This document shows, one piece after another, positions 57,804 through 64,000 of a DNA stretch of 64,000 nucleotides. The number at the start of each line of letters is the position of its first letter. The first letter of the stretch is position 1. This DNA is from Eubacteriales bacterium (GTDB lineage Bacteria > Bacillota > Clostridia > Oscillospirales > CAG-272). Where the stretch lies: positions 90,074 through 154,073 of the forward strand of contig JAZOMG010000006.1 of the NCBI GenBank assembly GCA_045653705.1, given 5' to 3'. A program made the position numbers and the translations under genes. A model generated the notes under the pieces. That model was not told where the DNA came from and made no database searches. It saw only the letters and a program-made list of their open reading frames with translations.

Positions 57804-59762
57804 TTATAATATTTCATTTGTACTGTATACAACATCCGCCGTATGTCTTCGGGCTTCGTTTTTTCCAACCCTTACGCAAGCGCAAGCTATTGCGATCACT
57901 GCCCAAAACAGGAAGAATATTCTGTAGCTATACCAAACGTAATCAAAAACGCCAAACAAGAGCGTTGATAAAACCGAGCATATCGCTGCGGCAACAATAA
58001 GCTTTTGCGACACGTCCTTAGACGTTTTAATATATTCAAGGTTCATTTGCATAAACAGGAATATTACAAGAGCAAAAACAACAAGCCCCGAAATTCCCAA
58101 CCCCAATAATATCTGCAAAAACAGATTATGGCTATGCTCTGCCGCTTCAATCCCCGCATAAGCATACTGCGGATATATATTTTGGAAAGCGGTAGGTCCG
58201 TATCCTATACCGCCCATAAAATGGTCTGCGATAGCATTTACAGTACCCCTCCAGGTATATACTCGGTACATTGTTGAGGAATCAGCTAAATTACCGATGC
58301 TTGCAAACCGTCTTACCACAGACTGCGGTAAAAAGAAAGGCAAAACAGGTATTATAAAGCAACCGAGAAAAATATATCTGAAGGTCTTTTTGCTGTATAT
58401 TAGCGCGAACAGTAAAATACAGAAGATAGCCGAAATCCAAGCACCTCTTGACCACGTAAGCAGTGTACACAGTAAAATTGATATTACCGAAATCCCACCT
58501 AAAAGCTTTGTCTTACCCGATTTTGCTTGAGAAAACATATAGAGCGCAAATGGTAAAACAATAACCAAATACACCGCTAAAATGTTAGGATTATCGAACA
58601 GAGAAACTACCCTGCCCTTTATGTCGTAAAAATAATCGGTATCCAACCAAGCATTATTCGGCAGATAGCCCATCAGATACTGAGCAATACCTATAAGCGA
58701 TACAATAACGCCCGATGAAACAAGCGCCGTAACACAGCGTTTTATCCACAGCTCGGTTCTGATAAGATTTACAATAAGGAAATATACTGCCATAAGCTCA
58801 CAGCTTATCAAGGCTTCGTTATATCCTGCGCCGCCGCCTGATGTAATGGCACCCGAAAAATATATTATAATGCCAAACAAGAGCACCGACAAGTCCATTA
58901 TCTCAAATTTCAGAATACGCTTTCCTCTGACAAGCTTAACCGCATAGCTTATAATTGCTGTAAAAACAACAATACCAAGGGTGATTGCGGGACTGTTAAA
59001 CAAGCTGAAGAAAGGAAGCCCGAATAAAGAAACAATAATGCCAATTTCTGGAGCAAACAAAATCAAAGCGATTGTCACGGCAATTGCGATAGCGCCCAAT
59101 ATCATCAAGGGATGAATAACAAGAGTCAGAATACCAAGCAGCATACCGAAAACCATCATAAGATTTGATTTCAACTTATTCTGGCTCGTTCTTTGCTTGA
59201 AGCTCTCTTCTCTGTACCCCAAAGCATCCCTGAATAGCGCACCGAATATAACGCTTTTTCCTACGGCTCGGGCAATATTATCCCTTGAGAGAAGCATAGG
59301 AATTGCCGAAATACAAATTACAACGCCAATAACGGCAAAATCAACACTTGCCACCGAAATAACGGGAATGAACAACCTAAGAAGATAAACAATTACCACA
59401 TAAATGCCAAAGGAAAATAAAAAGTTTCCCAAGGTTTTTAAAGGCATGGTCACTATACCGCTTGAAAAGCTTTCGAGACGGTTTAATATAAAGCTATCCT
59501 CAAAGCGACGTGAAAAGAATTTTCTCGTATTTCGAAAAAAACGTGTGAACCCCTCGTTTTTCACAAAGTGCTTTTTCAAAAAGCTATCCTCGTAAGCCTC
59601 TTGCTCCTTGCTGTAGGAAGTAAACATTTTTCCGAAAAATCCGTTCTGCAAGGAACTGTATATAAAATCGGATAATTTATCCAACAAAAAAATAATTGCG
59701 CTCAAAGAAGCAAGTCCTACCGAACCTGCGCCATCGACAGAGTTATTTTTTTTCTTTTTCAA
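57804..59762 (-). CDS. O-antigen ligase/polymerase family (Wzy_C-like) polytopic membrane protein
   Basis: At least 12 TM segments. The central loop TWSRGAWISAIF is typical of Wzy_C/O-antigen ligase proteins. A candidate TTG start at 59762 lies 5 nt after AAAGGAGGAG, which sits inside the trmD 3' end. The ORF-track ATG 59789 has no RBS. Confidence 0.65.
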   Translation of the reverse strand: MKKKKNNSVDGAGSVGLASLSAIIFLLDKLSDFIYSSLQNGFFGKMFTSYSKEQEAYEDSFLKKHFVKNEGFTRFFRNTRKFFSRRFEDSFILNRLESFSSGIVTMPLKTLGNFLFSFGIYVVIVYLLRLFIPVISVASVDFAVIGVVICISAIPMLLSRDNIARAVGKSVIFGALFRDALGYREESFKQRTSQNKLKSNLMMVFGMLLGILTLVIHPLMILGAIAIAVTIALILFAPEIGIIVSLFGLPFFSLFNSPAITLGIVVFTAIISYAVKLVRGKRILKFEIMDLSVLLFGIIIYFSGAITSGGGAGYNEALISCELMAVYFLIVNLIRTELWIKRCVTALVSSGVIVSLIGIAQYLMGYLPNNAWLDTDYFYDIKGRVVSLFDNPNILAVYLVIVLPFALYMFSQAKSGKTKLLGGISVISILLCTLLTWSRGAWISAIFCILLFALIYSKKTFRYIFLGCFIIPVLPFFLPQSVVRRFASIGNLADSSTMYRVYTWRGTVNAIADHFMGGIGYGPTAFQNIYPQYAYAGIEAAEHSHNLFLQILLGLGISGLVVFALVIFLFMQMNLEYIKTSKDVSQKLIVAAAICSVLSTLLFGVFDYVWYSYRIFFLFWAVIAIACACVRVGKNEARRHTADVVYSTNEIL

Positions 59763-60468
59763 TGCAGCTCCTCCTTTCAAATTTTTCATAAAGATCGGGA
59801 CGTCTCTGTTGGGTTATGGCAACGGCTCTCTCCAATCTCCATTTATCAATATTTTCGTGATGACCCGATATCAACACATCGGGCACCTTGACTCCGTGAA
59901 ATTCATAAGGTCTTGTGTATTGCGGATATTCCAATAGCCCGCTGGATATACTTTCTTTTTCGTGGCACTCGGGGTCGGATAGCACACCGTCAACAAGTCT
60001 TGCAACACTGTCTACCAAAATGCACGCAGGTATTTCGCCCCCCGTAAGAACATAATCTCCTATTGAGATCTCATCGTCTACTATTTCGTCAATTATTCGC
60101 CTGTCCACGCCCTCGTAATGTCCGCAAAGTATAATTAATTGGTCGTAGGAAGCAAGCTCCTCAGCCTTTTTCTGTGTCAGCACCTGACCCGAGGGAGACA
60201 TATATATCACTCTTTTTGAAACAATCTCTCCCGATCTTTTTTGACAGATAGCTTCATAGCAGTCGAAAATCGGAGGCGCCATCATCAGCATTCCCTTTCC
60301 GCCCCCGTATGGCGTATCATCAACTCTCCTGTGCTTATCCCTGGAATAATCTCTTATATTGTGCGTCTCGATCTGTATTATTCCGCTTTTTTGGGCTCTA
60401 CCAATAACGCTTTCGCCCAGAACGTAATCAACAAGCTCGGGAAACAGCGTCATAATATCGAATATCAT
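59743..60468 (-). CDS. trmD: tRNA (guanine37-N1)-methyltransferase
   Basis: MIFDIMTLFPELV N-terminus, DDTPYGGGKGMLM, LCGHYEGVD, and SIGDYVLTGGE. Confidence 0.92.
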   Translation of the reverse strand: MIFDIMTLFPELVDYVLGESVIGRAQKSGIIQIETHNIRDYSRDKHRRVDDTPYGGGKGMLMMAPPIFDCYEAICQKRSGEIVSKRVIYMSPSGQVLTQKKAEELASYDQLIILCGHYEGVDRRIIDEIVDDEISIGDYVLTGGEIPACILVDSVARLVDGVLSDPECHEKESISSGLLEYPQYTRPYEFHGVKVPDVLISGHHENIDKWRLERAVAITQQRRPDLYEKFERRSCIEKEKK

Positions 60469-60482
60469 TCAACCGCCCCCAA

Positions 60483-60992
60483 TCAGTCTAACATTCCCTC
60501 GATAGGAGTAACGTATATACCTTTGTTAAGGTCGATACTGTCAATAAATTCGGGAACAGCGGGTATCATTCTCTCGCCCGACGGGGTATTAACCACGTAA
60601 ATATCCGAAGCGCCTCTGTTAATAACCTCGGAAAGCTTACCGTATACCCGTCCGCTCTCGGCATCTATAACGTCTAAGTTCTTAAGGTCGGTTATAAAGA
60701 ACTCACCGTCCTCTAAGTCAAAATCCGAACGCAGAGCATATACAACAGTATCCTTAAGAGCTAACGCTTCATCCATAGATTTTACGTTATCCAGATTCAT
60801 AATAACGAATTGCTTATATACAGAAGCCTTTTGAACCTTGGACACAACGTACTCGGCGCCGCGACGAATATATATTTTTTTCAGCGAAGCTAATATTTCA
60901 GGGGTATTACACCAGGATTCAAGCTTTATCCCACCGTAGCACCCGTGTGTGTTTATTATCTTAGCGCATTCGATATACTTATCCTTTACCAT
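60483..60992 (-). CDS. rimM: 16S rRNA processing protein RimM
   Basis: I(I)NTHGCYGGIKLES N-terminal beta-barrel and a C-terminal PRC barrel (IPAVPEFIDSIDL). GGAGAG RBS precedes ATG 60992. Located upstream of trmD. Confidence 0.88.
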   Translation of the reverse strand: MVKDKYIECAKIINTHGCYGGIKLESWCNTPEILASLKKIYIRRGAEYVVSKVQKASVYKQFVIMNLDNVKSMDEALALKDTVVYALRSDFDLEDGEFFITDLKNLDVIDAESGRVYGKLSEVINRGASDIYVVNTPSGERMIPAVPEFIDSIDLNKGIYVTPIEGMLD

Positions 60993-61107
60993 AATTACGC
61001 TCTCCAAAAGAAATTACATTTTATTATATTATTATAACACATTCCGCAGTTTTTTTCAACAGTTTTGGAAATTTATTCTTTTATAAAAATTAATTCACAA
61101 AAAAGAC

Positions 61108-61136
61108 TTGCTTTTTTTATAAATATGTGGTATCAT
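61108..61136 (+). promoter_or_regulatory. sigma-A-type promoter (extended -10) of yajC
   Basis: TTGCTT (61108-61113), a 17-nt spacer ending in TGg, then TATCAT (61131-61136). Confidence 0.5.
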
Positions 61137-61167
61137 ATGATGTATTATTTTTATGGAGGATTTTTTG

Positions 61168-61476
61168 ATGTTAGCTATTGATATAGGCGGTATTCTTTCG
61201 TCCGCAGGACCTATTCTTATTATGGCGGTCGTTCTCGTTGGTATGTATTTCCTTGTTATAAGACCTCAGAAAAAACAGGAAAAAGAAACCAACGAAATGA
61301 GAAATAACCTTAGAGTAGGCGATGAGATAACCACCATAGGCGGTATTATCGGAAAAATTGTCAGTATTAAGGAAGAAACCGTTATGATCGAAACAGGTCA
61401 CGATCGCACAAAGATAAGAATTTTGAAATCCGCTGTCAGAAACGTTGACGTTCGCGCAGAGGATGCTCAAGACTAA
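61168..61476 (+). CDS. yajC: preprotein translocase subunit YajC
   Basis: A single TM, then YFLVIRPQKKQEKE and GDEITTIGGIIGKIVSI, as in the YajC family. GGAGGA lies 7 nt upstream of ATG 61168. Confidence 0.88.
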   Translation: MLAIDIGGILSSAGPILIMAVVLVGMYFLVIRPQKKQEKETNEMRNNLRVGDEITTIGGIIGKIVSIKEETVMIETGHDRTKIRILKSAVRNVDVRAEDAQD

Positions 61477-61477
61477 T

Positions 61478-61516
61478 AAAAATATCCCGCGTTTTTTAAA
61501 AACGCGGGATATTTTT
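61478..61516. terminator. bidirectional terminator between yajC and dpaB
   Basis: AAAAATATCCCGCGTT-loop-AACGCGGGATATTTTT. Confidence 0.8.
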
Positions 61517-61519
61517 AAT

Positions 61520-62077
61520 TTATATAAATATTTTTTGAAATTGCTTCCCTTTCATAGCCCATTCGAGAGTCTCGGATAATAATGAAAAATCAGCAACGAG
61601 GGAATGTGGCTTTTTATCGGGGTCATCCTGTCTCATTGGAACAAAAAACACACATTTTCGTGAAAGAAGCGTTCCGATGTTCTTAAGATTTGCCGACAAA
61701 GCATCGTTAGATGCCAGCGCTATCACAAGCGGTCTGTCGCTTCTCAGATGAGCCTTTGCCGCCATAGTTACCGCTGTATCTGTAATTCCTAAGGCAATTT
61801 TTGCAAGGGTGTTTCCCGTGCAAGGGCATATAATTAACGCATCTAACGGATTTTTCGGACCTAACGGCTCAGCTTCAACTATTGTGTGAATTATATTTCT
61901 TCCGCATATACCGCAAACCCTTTCTCTAAGCTCTTCCGCTTTTCCAAAATATGTGCTTACAGAATATACATTTTCGCTCATTATGGGTTGAATATCATTA
62001 TTCTTAGATAGCATTGATAGCTGTTCGAGAGCCTTTTTATGGGTACAATACGACCCACACATTGCAAAGCCTAACAT
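61520..62077 (-). CDS. dpaB: dipicolinate synthase subunit B
   Basis: Flavoprotein-fold protein of 185 aa. GFAMCGSYCT and ICPCTGNTLAKIA motifs typical of SpoVFB. It overlaps the dpaA stop. Confidence 0.85.
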   Translation of the reverse strand: MLGFAMCGSYCTHKKALEQLSMLSKNNDIQPIMSENVYSVSTYFGKAEELRERVCGICGRNIIHTIVEAEPLGPKNPLDALIICPCTGNTLAKIALGITDTAVTMAAKAHLRSDRPLVIALASNDALSANLKNIGTLLSRKCVFFVPMRQDDPDKKPHSLVADFSLLSETLEWAMKGKQFQKIFI

Positions 62078-62976
62078 CCTACCACCTCTTCCCTGAGAAT
62101 ATCATCCACACAAGAGGCGATAAGCGTTCCTGCGCTAACAGGCGCATATTTACCCGGTAATGATGCCGCCCACAAAATGTTTGAGCCAAGCTCCTTTGCC
62201 GCTCTGATATCAACACCGCCCGGAACAGACGCTAAGTCTATTATAAACGTATTTTTATCGGCTTTTTCTAAAAAGCTTCTGTCAAACAACCAGTGCGGAA
62301 CAGTATTGTATATGATGTCAAAGCCGTGAGCCAGCTTATATATATTACTCTTAAGCTCTGCGCTGTCACCTATCTTTAAAACAGAGCATCCGCTACAGTA
62401 TCCCCACGCAAGGTCGCTGTTCTTTCGCGCCGCTACGGTAACGTCGGCTCCCAAGCTGCGCAGCAGTCTGATTAAATGCTTGGATATCCGTCCATAGCCT
62501 GTAACGGCAATCTTTGCACCGCAAATATTTTTATCAAGACTATTCATTGCTATGCTAAGCGCCGCTTCTGCGGTAATATATGCGTTTTGTATCTGAAATT
62601 CCTCTGATTCAAAATAATCCTTTACATCAAAGCCCTTGCTTTCCGCTGTTTTAACAAATTCCGTGGGAATTTTTCCACCTATGATAGCACAGTTATCTCC
62701 AATGTAGGGATATATATCGGATAGCCGCGGCTTTACCTGCGAAGCGTTAAAAGGACAATTGATAAAAACTCCGTCTGTAGAGGCAGGCAACGGAAGCACC
62801 ACGCCTACAGCGCCGTCCAAAGCCTCTTCATAGCTATCGCAAAAGTAAAGTCCGTTTTCCTTTTCTTCTTTTTCATTGAAGCCCCAAAGATTGACAGCCC
62901 ATCCCTTTTGACACAGTGTAACCGCAGCGGTATACTGCCTGAGATCTCCGCCAAGTACTGCAATTTTGTTTTTCAT
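62071..62976 (-). CDS. dpaA: dipicolinate synthase subunit A
   Basis: IAVLGGDLRQ N-terminus and a second Rossmann VTGYGRISKHL. 301 aa. Paired with dpaB. Confidence 0.85.
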   Translation of the reverse strand: MKNKIAVLGGDLRQYTAAVTLCQKGWAVNLWGFNEKEEKENGLYFCDSYEEALDGAVGVVLPLPASTDGVFINCPFNASQVKPRLSDIYPYIGDNCAIIGGKIPTEFVKTAESKGFDVKDYFESEEFQIQNAYITAEAALSIAMNSLDKNICGAKIAVTGYGRISKHLIRLLRSLGADVTVAARKNSDLAWGYCSGCSVLKIGDSAELKSNIYKLAHGFDIIYNTVPHWLFDRSFLEKADKNTFIIDLASVPGGVDIRAAKELGSNILWAASLPGKYAPVSAGTLIASCVDDILREEVVGC

Positions 62977-63060
62977 ACATACATTGTCCTTTCAATAGCA
63001 GACTAATGTTTTGCTACAGTACTATTTTATGTTTGACTCGGCAGTTTTGATATAATTATA

Positions 63061-64000
63061 TTATTCTAATGTAAACGTAACCTTGTAAGCTCCATCCAAG
63101 CCTTTAGGTACGTATACGTTTTCAACCGATGAAAGCTCTATAATATTTTTTATCTTCTCCGATGAAATGAATATCTTATTTGCCTTAACACCCTCAAGCG
63201 TATAATTTCTTTCGGTATCAACACCGTGTTCTCCCAAAATCAATAAATCAAAATTCACGGTAGGGTCGAAATATGCGGGAGACATATACACAAGGCTATC
63301 GGAAACTCCCGAAAAAGAGATATAGCTCCCGTTATCCGAACTTACAGCGCATATATTCAGCTCATCGGTCAGCGACATTCTGTCTCCGCCATTGTAAAAC
63401 TGCACGTCTATTCCCTTTTCTACCGCAAGCTTCCATAACGCTTCAGAACATATTATTTCATCATTTGTTTCGGGAGTAGGCAAATAAAGCTTACGAACTA
63501 TCTCTCTTTGAGTTATAAGGTCAAACGCCGTAATATGCCCGGTATGATAATGAGTTAATATGTACTTGTCTATTTCGGTTGCGGTTGACGTGTCAAGCTC
63601 CTCTGCTACACTGTAGTAGCCCGCCATACCTCCCCTTGTGTTGTCGCAAACGGAAAACGAGGTGTTGTCTTGAACTATAAAATATTCGTTTTCTCCGTAA
63701 TTCGAGTAGATTACCGTTGGGGCTGAATTAATCGCATTGTATATACCAAAGCATACAATAAAACCGGCTACCGCAACGCCATACGGAACAAGTACAAGTA
63801 ATTTATGCTTTAATTTTATTATCAATAGCACACACATACTTATTGCAAGCAAAATAACTATTATTTTGCAAAAATCATATCTCAACGAGATAGTCGCAAA
63901 AGGAGCTTTTGAACACAACCCGACAACAAATAATATAATATCGGCTAAAATCGACACAATATATCTTAAAATAAAACCTATCAAAGGAATTTTGGAGAAA
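63061..64000 (-). CDS. ComEC/Rec2-like protein, C-terminal part (5' end outside the window)
   Basis: The frame is open to the window end. TM segments are followed by a metallo-beta-lactamase-like domain with ILTHYHTGH in place of the HxHxDH motif. This assignment is tentative. Confidence 0.45.
   Translation of the reverse strand, partial: FSKIPLIGFILRYIVSILADIILFVVGLCSKAPFATISLRYDFCKIIVILLAISMCVLLIIKLKHKLLVLVPYGVAVAGFIVCFGIYNAINSAPTVIYSNYGENEYFIVQDNTSFSVCDNTRGGMAGYYSVAEELDTSTATEIDKYILTHYHTGHITAFDLITQREIVRKLYLPTPETNDEIICSEALWKLAVEKGIDVQFYNGGDRMSLTDELNICAVSSDNGSYISFSGVSDSLVYMSPAYFDPTVNFDLLILGEHGVDTERNYTLEGVKANKIFISSEKIKNIIELSSVENVYVPKGLDGAYKVTFTLE

Overview
This is a chromosomal window from an endospore-forming Firmicute, probably class Clostridia, based on the presence of spoIIID, spoIVA, dpaAB and a spoIIM-like gene. 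It is almost entirely housekeeping. I found no rRNA, tRNA, CRISPR array, transposase or prophage genes. Content from left to right:
(1) A branched-chain amino acid block: ilvD (5' truncated), leuA, leuC, leuD, leuB, ilvE.
(2) A seven-gene arginine operon, argGHCJBDF, behind a sigma-A-like promoter surrounded by ARG-box-like TGAATA half-sites.
(3) A Trp-specific T-box leader driving an orphan trpB and a small acidic lipoprotein.
(4) A ZTP (pfl-type) riboswitch driving purE-purM-purN-purO-purH(AICARFT only)-purD-purL (fused large form).
(5) A minus-strand group: a DUF624-like membrane protein, a SpoIIM-like protein, proC and a TrmH-family methyltransferase.
(6) spoIIID, a flavodoxin-like ORF, and two adjacent GT-C membrane glycosyltransferases.
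(7) An ApgM-type enzyme (possible non-canonical homoserine kinase), lepB-rbgA-rnhB-yraN, thrC, DUF1540, a metallophosphoesterase, and tig-clpP-clpX.
(8) fba followed by a two-gene COG0523/G3E metallochaperone-like module.
(9) ireB, a PBP5-like protein with degenerate motifs, a membrane protein, a tyrosine recombinase and a lipoprotein.
(10) spoIVA, coaD, rsmD, uvrC, ptsH, two DUF4330 paralogs and a Wzy_C-like protein coupled to trmD-rimM.
(11) yajC, dpaBA and a ComEC-like fragment at the window edge.
The least explained locus is the COG0523 pair at 43735-45806. One protein carries a triplicated His/Cys cassette. The other is a G3E-like NTPase fused to a DUF1980-C-like TCCADD domain. The pair sits immediately downstream of the Zn-dependent class II aldolase gene with no promoter of its own. 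All family assignments come from reading motifs by eye. No database search was run.
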